This document shows, piece by piece, positions 50,253 through 59,895 of a DNA stretch of 64,000 bases; the first letter of the stretch is position 1; each line of letters opens with the position of its first letter. Source of the DNA: an uncultured virus (IMG/VR IMGVR_UViG_3300042549_004976) (lineage: Duplodnaviria; Heunggongvirae; Uroviricota; Caudoviricetes); the IMG/VR virus record IMGVR_UViG_3300042549_004976. One strand, 5' to 3'. The position numbers and the translations under genes are program-made. The notes beneath the pieces were generated by a model. It worked only from the letters and a program-made list of their open reading frames with translations, was not told the origin of the DNA and did no database searches.

Positions 50253-50870
50253 ATGGCTAAGAAAAAGAGTGACCACTATATCGACAACCAACAGTTTTTT
50301 GCTGAGATATCAGCATGGAAACTACTTGTTACTGCCGCAAACGAAAAGGGAGAAAAGCATCCTCCCGTAACGCATTACATTGGCGAATGCTTTATGAAGA
50401 TTGCGGAGCATTTATCCCGCAAGCCCAACTTCATAAACTATCCGTATCGTGATGAAATGATGTCTGATGGAATTGAAAATTGTCTGCTGTACGCATACAA
50501 CTTTGATCCTGCAAAATCAAGCAATCCATTCTCGTATTTCACTCAGATTACCTACTACGCTTTTCTTCGCCGCATACAGAAGGAGAAGAAGCAAGCGTAT
50601 ATCAAACTCAAGAAGATTGAGATGTCCAATGTGGATTCTTCTGTGCGCCGATGGTTCCGCGAAAACTACCTAAAGGTTGGCGAGAATTTTGAAACACTTC
50701 CTACCTTCCTGACCGAAAACGATATTGCTTCGTTTGAAAAGAAAACAGGTGAAGCGAAGGAAGAGGTTTCTGAAGTTAAACCCAAGCCCAAGAAAACGAA
50801 GAAGAAGGCGGCGGCAAAGCCAAAGACCCCACCTGTAGCAAAGAAGAAATCGAAAGGCAAGAAGAAGTGA
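50253..50870 (+). CDS. gp55: Late-transcription sigma factor gp55
   Basis: HYIDN..F...YIGECFMKIA..LS.KPNF.NY.YRDEM.SDGIENC..Y..NFDP.KS.NPF.YFTQI.YYAFLRRI.KEKKQ. Confidence 0.96.
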   Translation: MAKKKSDHYIDNQQFFAEISAWKLLVTAANEKGEKHPPVTHYIGECFMKIAEHLSRKPNFINYPYRDEMMSDGIENCLLYAYNFDPAKSSNPFSYFTQITYYAFLRRIQKEKKQAYIKLKKIEMSNVDSSVRRWFRENYLKVGENFETLPTFLTENDIASFEKKTGEAKEEVSEVKPKPKKTKKKAAAKPKTPPVAKKKSKGKKK

Positions 50871-51934
50871 AGATTGCATTGGTGACGGATACCCATTTCG
50901 GTGCGCGAAACGATTCGCCATTGTTCCTAGAGCATTTCATGCGGTTCTTTGACCGCGTGTTCTTTCCTCGGATTGAAGCAGATGGCATCGACACCATTAT
51001 TCACTTGGGCGATTTTCTTGATCGCCGCAAGTTTGTTAACTTCTTGACGCTGAATGCAGTACAGACAGGATTCGTTAAGCGGCTTGAGAAGAGCGGAGCA
51101 AAGATGCACTGCATCTTGGGCAACCACGATATCTTCTTTAAGAACAAGAGCGAAGTAAACTCACTACAGGAGTTGTTCTCGGATCGCTTTATTGTTCACG
51201 ACAAGCCAACTGTTCTAAACTTTGATGGGCTTCCCATTGCAATGCTACCGTGGATCAACAAGGAAAACGAAGCAGAGTCTCTGCAATTCCTGAAGGACGC
51301 ACCCGCAGACATACTGATGGGTCATCTTGAACTCAACGGATATCATGTTCTCAGAAATACTCCATTCGATGGTGGTATGGATGCGAATCTGTTCCAACGG
51401 TTCAAGGCGGTGTACACAGGACACTTTCACTCCCGCCATTCTCGCGACAACATTCATTATTTGGGATGCCCTTATCAGATCACGATGAGTGACTACGGAG
51501 AGAAAAAGGGATTCCATATATTTGATACCGAGACACAGGACTTGGAGTTTGTCAAGAATCCACACACAATCTTTACTCAGATTCGTTACGATGACTCGCA
51601 GAGTAGTGATACGGTTCCTCTATCGGTTGATGAGGATAGAACACGAAGCAAGTATGTTCGTATCATTGTAGAGAAGAAGACAAAGCCGTATCTGTTTGAG
51701 AAGTTTGTGGATTCGGTGTACAGTAGCAGCCCACACGGTGTTACTATTATTGAAGACTTCCAACAGGAAACCGCAACTGATACGGCTACTGATGAGTTGG
51801 GAGAGGATACTATTTCAATCATTAATCGAGAAATTGATTCGCTGAAGCAGGACATTGGAGACTGCAAGGCTATCAAGGAACTTATTCGTGAACTGTACGG
51901 GGAGTGCATGGCAAACGAGATTGGAAAACCATGA
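50867..51934 (+). CDS. gp47: Recombination endonuclease subunit gp47 (Mre11/SbcD-like)
   Basis: DTHFG.R, HLGD..DRRK, GNHD, GHLE, GHFH metallophosphoesterase motifs. Confidence 0.96.
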   Translation: MKIALVTDTHFGARNDSPLFLEHFMRFFDRVFFPRIEADGIDTIIHLGDFLDRRKFVNFLTLNAVQTGFVKRLEKSGAKMHCILGNHDIFFKNKSEVNSLQELFSDRFIVHDKPTVLNFDGLPIAMLPWINKENEAESLQFLKDAPADILMGHLELNGYHVLRNTPFDGGMDANLFQRFKAVYTGHFHSRHSRDNIHYLGCPYQITMSDYGEKKGFHIFDTETQDLEFVKNPHTIFTQIRYDDSQSSDTVPLSVDEDRTRSKYVRIIVEKKTKPYLFEKFVDSVYSSSPHGVTIIEDFQQETATDTATDELGEDTISIINREIDSLKQDIGDCKAIKELIRELYGECMANEIGKP

Positions 51935-53649
51935 TCACATTCAACAAGATTAAGTGGAAAAATCTACTAAGCACGGGAAATGTGTTTACCGAAGTGGCTC
52001 TAGATAAATCCGCAACCACTCTTGTGTGCGGCGAAAACGGAGCAGGTAAAACTACCATGCTTGACGCTATAACCTTTGTTCTATACGGCAAGCCGTTTCG
52101 TAACATCAATATTCCACAAATTGTTAACTCTATCAACGGTAAGGACTGTGTGGTAGAGATTGAATTCACAGTTAACGGCAGCACATACAAGGTGACTCGT
52201 GGTCTAGCACCAAAGGTGTTTGTTATTGAAAAAGACGGCAAGGCAATAGACCAAACTGCTAATGTGAAAGACTATCAAGCAATTCTTGAGGGTCATATTC
52301 TAAAGATGAACTACAAGACATTCTGTCAAGTAGTCATATTGGGTTCCACCAACTATGTTCCGTTCATGCGCCTTGCTGCTGCGGATCGGCGTGGTGTGGT
52401 AGAGAACCTGTTGGATATTGATGTGTTCTCCAAGATGAATGATCTCCTGAAGACTCGTCTATCCGAAACCAAAGAAGCACTCCGAGAAGTGGATACGGAA
52501 ATCAATACTCTCAAACTTCGAATAGAGCATAAGGCAGACTTGATCAAAAAAATCGAGGACAAGTCTGACTCACAGTTGGACTCTTATGCTGCATCCTCTG
52601 CCGAAGAGCAGAAGACTCTTGACGAACTACTTCAGAAGAAGGCAGTTCTACAGGAAGAACTACTTGCTATTGGTGCGTCTCCTGATGCTGTTAATAAGGG
52701 TCGGGAAGCAGTGAATCAACTTGCTGCACTTCGCAAACAAATGATTAGTGGAATAAAAAAGGCAAACGAAGAACGCGAGTTCTATCAGCAGAATGAAGAC
52801 TGCCCTGTATGCAAGCACGATCTTCCACAAACATTTCGTGATGACATGATTGTAAAGAAGCAGAGCCGTCATACAGAATTAGAAACAGCACTCGCCCAAC
52901 TAGAAGTAATGATTGCAAAAGAAAAAAGCAATCTTGAGCAATTGCTATCGGGTGTTGAATCTGCGGACAAGAAGAAAACAGAAATCACTAAATCTGATTC
53001 TGCTATTGCGTCTTCCAAGAAGTACCTGAAGCAGTTGCAGGATCTTGCGGACAAAGTGCAGCGGGAGAAGGCTTCTATCAAAACCGAACAGGACGATATG
53101 ACCGTGCTTCGCGGACAAGAAGACGGAGCAGAGGCAAACAAGAAGTCACTAGTGGAAGATCTGCACACAATGGAGATTGCCACGGTGCTGCTGAAGGACA
53201 GCGGTATCAAGCGAAAGATTATTCGGAAATATATTCCTGCACTAAATAAAATCATTAACAAGTATTTGATTTCAATGGACTTCTTTGCTCAATTCACTCT
53301 CAACGAAGACTTTAATGAAATAATCAAGAGCCGCCACCGCGATGAGTTCTCGTATGACAACTTTAGCGAAGGTGAAAAATTGAGAATCGACCTTTCTCTC
53401 TTGCTTGCGTGGCGAGATATTGCTAGAATGAAGAACTGTGCCAACACGAACCTACTTATTCTTGACGAAGTATTTGACTCTTCGCTTGATGCCGTTGGTA
53501 CGGAAGAGGTGATCAAGATTCTTCAAAGCATGGGAAGCAGCAATAATATATTTGTCATCTCCCACAAGTCCGATCAGTTACTAGATAAGTTTCAGAACAT
53601 ATTGACCTATAAGAAGGTTAACAACTTCAGCAAACTATGCCTCCCATGA
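51931..53649 (+). CDS. gp46: Recombination ATPase subunit gp46 (Rad50/SbcC-like)
   Basis: GENGAGKTT Walker A, CPVC zinc hook, FSEGEK signature, LILDEVFDSSLD, ISH. Confidence 0.97.
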   Translation: MITFNKIKWKNLLSTGNVFTEVALDKSATTLVCGENGAGKTTMLDAITFVLYGKPFRNINIPQIVNSINGKDCVVEIEFTVNGSTYKVTRGLAPKVFVIEKDGKAIDQTANVKDYQAILEGHILKMNYKTFCQVVILGSTNYVPFMRLAAADRRGVVENLLDIDVFSKMNDLLKTRLSETKEALREVDTEINTLKLRIEHKADLIKKIEDKSDSQLDSYAASSAEEQKTLDELLQKKAVLQEELLAIGASPDAVNKGREAVNQLAALRKQMISGIKKANEEREFYQQNEDCPVCKHDLPQTFRDDMIVKKQSRHTELETALAQLEVMIAKEKSNLEQLLSGVESADKKKTEITKSDSAIASSKKYLKQLQDLADKVQREKASIKTEQDDMTVLRGQEDGAEANKKSLVEDLHTMEIATVLLKDSGIKRKIIRKYIPALNKIINKYLISMDFFAQFTLNEDFNEIIKSRHRDEFSYDNFSEGEKLRIDLSLLLAWRDIARMKNCANTNLLILDEVFDSSLDAVGTEEVIKILQSMGSSNNIFVISHKSDQLLDKFQNILTYKKVNNFSKLCLP

Positions 53650-54764
53650 CACAAAAAATATCAAAAGAACGCGCTCGTACTATTCTCTCTGGTGGTTCTG
53701 AGCCGCAAGTCAACGCCACTGTGGCAAAAGAAGATATTGATATTGCCATTGAGAAATCCCTGTATTGGTACAGGCAAAACTTCAAGCCAACAGAGTCCAA
53801 GGGGTGGATAGTTAAATATCTACGAGATCACGGACGCGCAGAGGATGCAGCGGTGGTTGGTCGAGCAGAAAAGTCTCGTCTGCGTTTGGTGGCTCCGTAC
53901 TGCCGTATGGTGACCCGTGGGTTTCCGTTTGCGGATGTACACAAGGCTCTTATTGAGAAGACTCTAGGGGAACTGCTTGACCATGCACGGGGTGTGGCAG
54001 ACGCTATCCCCATTGAGCGAGTAAGTGTACAGGATCGTGTGGTTGCAAAGGCAGATGTTCTGCTGTCTGATTTGGAGCCTGTGATTGATGAAACCACCGA
54101 GTCTGTTCTCAAGGGAAAGCGAAAAGATAATGCCCTGCTTGAGTGGATTTCTCGCACCGAACTAACCCGCCCACTTGCTGTTATTGTGCGTGATCGCTTG
54201 GCGAAAACCCTAGAGGAAATGCTTTTAGCACAAGCAGGAACCGATCCCGATCTTGTTGAGGGGTACTCTCATTTTAAAAAGACAGCATTAAAGAACATGG
54301 TGGACACGCTGACATCTGCTGTTCAAAATTTAAATGATCGTATTGGTATTCTTAAATCTAGTAAGAAGCCGCGAAAGCAGAAGCGCAAGTCTCCAGAGTC
54401 TCAAATAAAGAGACTCAATTTCTTGCAAAGAAGTGATGCCTTTGCTATTGACTCCATCAATCCAGTGGATATCATTGGGGCACAGAGACTGATCATGTAC
54501 AACACAAAGAACAAGAAAGCCACTCTGCTTATTGCAGTTGAACCAAAAAGCGGACTTGCCGTAAAGGGATCAACCATTATTGGATTTGATTCAGCAAAGT
54601 CTTTTGAGAAGACTGTTCGGAATCCTGATGAGTTCCTGAAGAATCAGAATGACTGCCGAAAGACAGTTGTGTCTGCTATTCGTTACCTTACGGGATTGAA
54701 GACTAAGAGTAGCGAACCCACGGGTCGCGTAAACAGTAATTGCCTCATTCTACAGGTACAGTAA
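53646..54764 (+). CDS. Conserved hypothetical protein of T4-like phages
   Basis: Coupled to gp46 and rnh; D.DLVEGYS...SINP..IIGA..L..YNTK...G..VKG.TI.GFD...KT.R.P...GR.N pattern. Confidence 0.65.
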   Translation: MTQKISKERARTILSGGSEPQVNATVAKEDIDIAIEKSLYWYRQNFKPTESKGWIVKYLRDHGRAEDAAVVGRAEKSRLRLVAPYCRMVTRGFPFADVHKALIEKTLGELLDHARGVADAIPIERVSVQDRVVAKADVLLSDLEPVIDETTESVLKGKRKDNALLEWISRTELTRPLAVIVRDRLAKTLEEMLLAQAGTDPDLVEGYSHFKKTALKNMVDTLTSAVQNLNDRIGILKSSKKPRKQKRKSPESQIKRLNFLQRSDAFAIDSINPVDIIGAQRLIMYNTKNKKATLLIAVEPKSGLAVKGSTIIGFDSAKSFEKTVRNPDEFLKNQNDCRKTVVSAIRYLTGLKTKSSEPTGRVNSNCLILQVQ

Positions 54765-55612
54765 TGATTCTCGTTGACAACACGCAGGTATTGATGTCGT
54801 CTATCTTTGCACAACACAGAGATGTTGCAGCCATTGATGAAGACCTAGTTCGACACATGGTACTGAACACATATCGCATATATCGCAAGAAGTTTTTCCG
54901 CGAATACGGCGAACTAGTGATCTGTGAAGACTCAGGCTCTTCTTGGCGGCGGCAGTTCTTTTCTCACTACAAGGGAAAGCGCAGACAAGACCGTAAAGAG
55001 AACGAGGCTCAATGGACTCGGTTCTATGAGATAATGAATAAGATTAGGGATGAGGTTGCTCTGCATATGCCTTATCGAAATCTAGCAGTTCAAGGCTGTG
55101 AAGCCGATGATCTTATTGCCTATCTTGTGAAACGATTTGCCCCCACAGAGAAGATGCTTGTGTTGAGTGGAGACAAGGACTTCTCTCAACTGCTTATTCA
55201 TCCAAGTGTGCGGCAGTACGCTCCCCTTCAGAAGAAGTTTGTTGAAGTAGACAACCCCAAGCAGTTTTTGCTTGAGCATATTGTCCGAGGAGACTCGTCT
55301 GATGGAGTTCCAAATATTCTATCGGATGATGACTGCTTCATGGTGGAAGACAAGCGACAGAAGCCCATCACAAAGAAGCGTATGGATGAATTGCTAAACT
55401 ATTACGCGGAGCATGGAGTGGTACAAGAAAAGCACCAAGCGAATTGGAATAGAAACAAGACACTCATTGATCTGCTTCATATCCCATCCGAGTACGAAGA
55501 AAAAATTGAAGTGAATTGGAATACACCTTTTACACCCTCTCGTAGCAAGATTCTTGGCTACATGATAGAGAAGGGTTTGCGTAACCTTATTTCTGATATT
55601 GAGGACTTTTGA
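54764..55612 (+). CDS. rnh: RNase H / 5'-3' exonuclease (T4 Rnh family)
   Basis: MILVD, SWRR..F..YK..R, EADD.I, SGDKDF.QL, GDSSDGVPN.LS.D. Confidence 0.93.
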   Translation: MILVDNTQVLMSSIFAQHRDVAAIDEDLVRHMVLNTYRIYRKKFFREYGELVICEDSGSSWRRQFFSHYKGKRRQDRKENEAQWTRFYEIMNKIRDEVALHMPYRNLAVQGCEADDLIAYLVKRFAPTEKMLVLSGDKDFSQLLIHPSVRQYAPLQKKFVEVDNPKQFLLEHIVRGDSSDGVPNILSDDDCFMVEDKRQKPITKKRMDELLNYYAEHGVVQEKHQANWNRNKTLIDLLHIPSEYEEKIEVNWNTPFTPSRSKILGYMIEKGLRNLISDIEDF

Positions 55613-55613
55613 T

Positions 55614-55796
55614 ATGTTTGAGCGCAACAACCGTGACTACGACAGTAGCGACCCGAACGCAAAGAAGGCTCGTAAGAGTGTGGAGCGAAAGCATAAGAGC
55701 AGCCGCCGCCACGATCAGAAAGAAATTTTGAAAAGATTTGTGGAAGACTCTAATGCAGGAAAGCGAGAAGATTATGACAACGAAGACCAAGACTAA
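55614..55796 (+). CDS. Small charged hypothetical protein
   Basis: GAGGA RBS; fills the rnh-gp45 gap; basic middle, acidic end. Confidence 0.5.
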   Translation: MFERNNRDYDSSDPNAKKARKSVERKHKSSRRHDQKEILKRFVEDSNAGKREDYDNEDQD

Positions 55797-56475
55797 TGTG
55801 GTGAAGATTTCCAAGCGAACACTTGATATACTCAAGAACTTTGCTAGTATTAATTCAGGAATTCTAGTGAACGAGGGTAACAAGTTGAATACCCTGTCGT
55901 CCACTAAGAATATCCTTGCCGAAGCAAAGGTGGATGAAACCTTTGCCAAGTCGTTTGCTATTTGGGATTTGAACAAGTTCTTGGGAACCGTGAGTCTGTT
56001 CAAGGATCCTGAGTTCGTGTTTGAGGACAACTATATCACCGTGAAGTGCGGAAACTCAAGTGTTCGCTACTACTATTGTGATCCTCGTCTAGTGACTTCC
56101 ACAAGCAAGAAGATCAGTATGCCGTCCCCTGTGGTGCAGTTTGATCTGAAGTCGAAGGACTTTGCTGAGATCATCAAGGCGGCTTCGGTGCTTCAGGTAA
56201 CCCATCTGTGTGTGCGATCATCGGCAGACGGCAAGCACATCGAACTTGCAGCCACAGACAAGGCAGATAAGACCTCTAACTTCTATTCGGTGATTGTGGG
56301 GGAGAATGCTTCGGGTGCCACATTCGACTTTATCTTTGATGTGGATAATCTAAAGATTCTTCCAGGTGATTACGCTGTTGCGATTTCGGAGAAGGTGGTC
56401 AGTTCCTTCACGAATAAGAATGAACCTCTGACCTATTGGATTGCCCTGAACGCAGACTCAACATACAAGGCTTAA
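55774..56475 (+). CDS. gp45: Sliding clamp gp45
   Basis: KIS..T..ILKNFA.IN..I...GN.L.T....KNILAEA...F.IWDLN.FL...NLKILPGDY...YWIAL. Confidence 0.95.
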   Translation: MTTKTKTNVVKISKRTLDILKNFASINSGILVNEGNKLNTLSSTKNILAEAKVDETFAKSFAIWDLNKFLGTVSLFKDPEFVFEDNYITVKCGNSSVRYYYCDPRLVTSTSKKISMPSPVVQFDLKSKDFAEIIKAASVLQVTHLCVRSSADGKHIELAATDKADKTSNFYSVIVGENASGATFDFIFDVDNLKILPGDYAVAISEKVVSSFTNKNEPLTYWIALNADSTYKA

Positions 56476-56476
56476 A

Positions 56477-57430
56477 GTGATCTCAACAGAAACCGTGAAG
56501 GGATTGTGGTGCGAAAAGTATCGACCACAAACCGTTGCTGATTGTATTCTTCCATCTGAAACGCATGACCTGTTCCTGCAAATGGCGGAGCGAGGCGAAC
56601 CGCAGAATCTACTACTGAGTGGAGGAGCGGGTTGTGGCAAGACTTCTATTGCTAGAGCCTTGTGTAATGATTTGGGTTGTGACTATATTGTGGTGAACTG
56701 CTCCGAGGACGGAAACATTGATACTCTCCGTACCCGAATCAGAAACTTTGCGTCCACGGTGTCTCTTACCGAAGGCGTAAAGAAGGTGGTGATATTGGAT
56801 GAGTTTGACTACTCCAATGCACAGTCCACACAGCCAGCACTTCGGGGTTTCATTGAGGAGTTCTCGACCAACTGTCGGTTCATTCTTACCTGTAATTTCA
56901 AAAATAGAATCATTGAGCCGCTGCACTCCCGATGCACCTGTATAGATTTTCGTATACAGCAGAAGGAGAAGGCTCAGATTGCGGTAAAGTTCCTGAAACG
57001 AGCCACCGAGATTCTAGAAGCCGAGAGTATTGAGTACGAACCCAAGGTGGTGGCTCAACTCATTACAAAGTACTTTCCTGACTTTCGGCGTACCCTGAAC
57101 GAACTTCAGCGGTATTCCGTGAGTGGAAAGATTGATGTGGGCATTCTTCAGACCCTTGGGGATGTGCAGATCCGCGACTTGGTGAAGCACATGAAGGCAA
57201 AGGAGTTTGCCAATGTTCGTAGGTGGGTGGTGGACAACCTAGACAACGATCAGACACGGGTGTACCGCGCAATTTACGATAGCCTGTGTGATACGGTTGA
57301 GGGTGGGTCTATTCCCCAAGCCATTCTTATTCTTGCAGACTACCAGTACAAGGCGGCGTTTGCTGCGGATCACGAGATTAATCTCACGGCTTGCCTTGTG
57401 CAACTAATGATGGAGATTAAGTTCAAGTAA
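56477..57430 (+). CDS. gp44: Clamp loader large subunit gp44
   Basis: LW.EKYRP, G.AGCGKT, ILDEFDY, LHSRC, FPDFRR.LNELQRY. Confidence 0.97.
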   Translation: MISTETVKGLWCEKYRPQTVADCILPSETHDLFLQMAERGEPQNLLLSGGAGCGKTSIARALCNDLGCDYIVVNCSEDGNIDTLRTRIRNFASTVSLTEGVKKVVILDEFDYSNAQSTQPALRGFIEEFSTNCRFILTCNFKNRIIEPLHSRCTCIDFRIQQKEKAQIAVKFLKRATEILEAESIEYEPKVVAQLITKYFPDFRRTLNELQRYSVSGKIDVGILQTLGDVQIRDLVKHMKAKEFANVRRWVVDNLDNDQTRVYRAIYDSLCDTVEGGSIPQAILILADYQYKAAFAADHEINLTACLVQLMMEIKFK

Positions 57431-57675
57431 TGGCACGGAATCGCAGCGTAAAAAAAGGCAGAGTCTTCAAAGATTTCAAGGACAGGCGTGAGTATCAGAC
57501 TGCGTTGACCCCTGATGATTTTCCTGATCCCCCGTATTACTCCATAATGCCTAAAGAAATACGGCAAATGATGAAACAGGATATTACCCGTTTGACAAGG
57601 GTTCAACTAGATGAACTGTTCCGCATCAGCAAGCAGTACAGAAAAGAATATAACCGCAGAAAGAGTAGCCGATGA
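57430..57675 (+). CDS. Small basic hypothetical protein between gp44 and gp62
   Basis: TAATG-coupled to gp44 and ATGA-coupled to gp62. Confidence 0.65.
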   Translation: MARNRSVKKGRVFKDFKDRREYQTALTPDDFPDPPYYSIMPKEIRQMMKQDITRLTRVQLDELFRISKQYRKEYNRRKSSR

Positions 57676-58064
57676 CTCACACCCTGAGTGATTATTTAAA
57701 TGCCATCAATGTTTCAAAGGATCCGCTACTAGACAGTAGCGAGTCTTACACGAAGCAGTCGTATCCACCGTTCGTGGTTACCCGTTGCCTGTCGTATTTC
57801 CCCGATACCCTGTTCGCGGCAAACGAGATGAATACTCGTCCCCTTATAGATTCAAAAATGCACTTTGACTTCCTGCGGGGAGCAGTTCGTCCCCGTAAGC
57901 GGTTCTCCAAATGGCTAAAGCGGGAAGACGATAGTCGTGTGGCGGCTCTAGTGGAGTACTACGGTATATCTTCCCGCAAGGCGCGAGAAGCCCTGTCTGT
58001 GCTGTCCGAAGCCGATCTAGAGGAGATTGTTGCCGCTGTGGATAAAGGTGGACGAAGCAAATAA
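57672..58064 (+). CDS. gp62: Clamp loader small subunit gp62
   Basis: DYLNAIN..K...Y.PFVV.RCLS.F.DT...ANEMN...RKRFSKW...YYG.S..KA.EAL. Confidence 0.93.
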   Translation: MTHTLSDYLNAINVSKDPLLDSSESYTKQSYPPFVVTRCLSYFPDTLFAANEMNTRPLIDSKMHFDFLRGAVRPRKRFSKWLKREDDSRVAALVEYYGISSRKAREALSVLSEADLEEIVAAVDKGGRSK

Positions 58065-58072
58065 TCTAAATA
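58065..58072 (+). promoter_or_regulatory. T4-type late promoter (TCTAAATA) upstream of regA and the glycosylation operon
   Basis: Same octamer as upstream of gp13 and gp19; intergenic. Confidence 0.5.
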
Positions 58073-58112
58073 CTTCCATGTGCGGTTCCGAATTATCAGG
58101 AGTGAGCAGAAC

Positions 58113-58550
58113 ATGGAAGCAGATGAACGATATATTGATCTTGAAACCACTGATCTGCTAGAGATCAGTCTACAGAAACCCGATGACTTTCTTAAAGTCC
58201 GTGAAACCTTGACGCGTATTGGCGTGTCGTCTCGCGCAGAAAAGAAGTTGTGGCAATCATGCCATATTCTGCACAAGAAGGGTAAATATTACATTGTGCA
58301 TTTCAAGGAAATGTTTGCCCTAGACAGTTTGCCTACCTCCATAAATAGTGAGGACATTGGACGGCGTAACACCGTTGCGTGTCTCCTTGAGGAGTGGGGG
58401 CTGATTAAGATCGTGGACAAAACCAAGATTACAGAAAAAGTGCCACTCAACAAAATAAAGATCCTTCCATTCAAGGAGAAGGGTGAGTGGGAATTGTGTC
58501 CTAAATATCACATCGGTCGTTCCAAGAAGAACATCAAGACCGAAGAGTAG
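58113..58550 (+). CDS. regA: Translational repressor RegA
   Basis: PDDFLKVRETLTRIGV.S....L.QSCHILHK.G.YYIVHFKE.F.LD...RRN...LL..WGL...W.L.PKY.IG. Confidence 0.97.
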   Translation: MEADERYIDLETTDLLEISLQKPDDFLKVRETLTRIGVSSRAEKKLWQSCHILHKKGKYYIVHFKEMFALDSLPTSINSEDIGRRNTVACLLEEWGLIKIVDKTKITEKVPLNKIKILPFKEKGEWELCPKYHIGRSKKNIKTEE

Positions 58551-58568
58551 ACAACGGAGATTTATATT

Positions 58569-59276
58569 ATGAGCAGACTTGTGATCAAGTTCCCTACGCG
58601 GAACCGACCTGAAAAATTCAAAACCGTCTTTTCCCGCTACCTCACCTTCTTGAGTGGACGGCATGATGTTCGTTTCATCCTGTCAATGGATGAGGATGAT
58701 CTCACCATGAATAATCCTGAAATGCACCAGTGGATTTCCACTCGTGCAGAGAACGCACAGATTGAGTGCTTCTACGGGAACTCTAAGTCCAAGATTGAGG
58801 CTTGCAATGCCAACCTAGAGGGTGTTGACGGCGATGTACTGCTGTTGGCATCAGATGACATGGTGCCCGTGCAGATGGGATACGATGATATAATCTTTGG
58901 TGCTTTCTCTCAAGCCTTTCCTGACTTTGATGGTGCAATCAAGTTTTGGGATGGTCTGCGTCCAAAGGAAGACCCGCTGATGACTCTCACAGTCATGGGC
59001 TTCCCCCTGTACAAGCAGTTCGGATACATTTACAATCCTGAGTACAAGTCTCTGTACTGCGACAACGAGCAGACACAGGTTTGTGCTGCGCTGAACAAGT
59101 TGCGCCGTTGCGACCTGTGCATTATTCAGCACCAGTGGACGGGTGAGCCATTCGACACCCTCCACGCTCGTAACGAAAACGCGGAGATGTACGGGGTGGA
59201 CGGTGAAACATTCAAGCGCAGAGGCGCAAATAAATTTGATATGGAGGAAATGTTCAATGCCAGTATCAGCAAGTGA
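58569..59276 (+). CDS. Glycosyltransferase (GT-A fold, GT2-like)
   Basis: IKFPTRNRP, SKIEACN, LLLASDDM (DxD-like), YCDNE.T, IIQHQW. Confidence 0.8.
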   Translation: MSRLVIKFPTRNRPEKFKTVFSRYLTFLSGRHDVRFILSMDEDDLTMNNPEMHQWISTRAENAQIECFYGNSKSKIEACNANLEGVDGDVLLLASDDMVPVQMGYDDIIFGAFSQAFPDFDGAIKFWDGLRPKEDPLMTLTVMGFPLYKQFGYIYNPEYKSLYCDNEQTQVCAALNKLRRCDLCIIQHQWTGEPFDTLHARNENAEMYGVDGETFKRRGANKFDMEEMFNASISK

Positions 59277-59895
59277 AATCAAGTTCAGCATCCTGATGCT
59301 GTCCATTCCCGAACGCATCGAATCCATGACCGCTGCGGTGAAGCATCTACAAGAGCAAGCCGATGCTGTAGGACAAGGCAAGGCGGTAGAGATTCTTGTG
59401 CTGTTGGACAATCGCTCCAAGAGCATTTCCGAGAAGCGTAATGACCTCCTGCAAATGGCACGGGGTAAGTACATTGCGTTCTTGGACGATGACGATGCAG
59501 TCAGCAAGGACTACATGAGTAAGATCCTGACCGCTATTGACCAAAACGATGTTGACTGCATCTCATTCAACCAGTGGTGCAGCATCAACGGCGAACCAAT
59601 GGATGTGGAGTTCGGCATCGGAAATCCCCACGGGCAGTTGTGGCGGGACGAAGACGGCTTCCTTGGTGACATCAAGCGTCCACCGTACCATATGTGCCTG
59701 TGGCGCAGTGATATTGCCAAGAGTGAATCTTTTAATCCTGTATATGGAGCCAACGGGCAGTCTTCGGAAGACATTGATTGGCTCATGCGCCTGTACCCCA
59801 AGATTCAGACGGAACATCACATTGATGACTCGTTGCACGGGTACATCTATAGTTCCGAGACAACCACCTCCCTTGTTCCACAGGAGCAGCAATGA
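59257..59895 (+). CDS. Glycosyltransferase family 2
   Basis: GGAGG RBS; FSILM....R, SI.EKRN.LL..ARGKYIAFLDDDD, SEDIDW. Confidence 0.85.
   Translation: MPVSASEIKFSILMLSIPERIESMTAAVKHLQEQADAVGQGKAVEILVLLDNRSKSISEKRNDLLQMARGKYIAFLDDDDAVSKDYMSKILTAIDQNDVDCISFNQWCSINGEPMDVEFGIGNPHGQLWRDEDGFLGDIKRPPYHMCLWRSDIAKSESFNPVYGANGQSSEDIDWLMRLYPKIQTEHHIDDSLHGYIYSSETTTSLVPQEQQ

Noticed and set aside
36282..58550. Introns, inteins or homing endonucleases in core genes; tRNA genes; stop-codon reassignment
   Set aside because: Core genes are uninterrupted and of normal length, intergenic gaps are short with no cloverleaf seen, and TAA, TAG and TGA all end conserved genes at expected positions.
5827..59507. 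Other long minus-strand ORFs (e.g. 5827-6531, 22797-23417, 37188-37814, 58851-59507)
   Set aside because: All overlap well-supported plus-strand genes and show no recognisable motifs.
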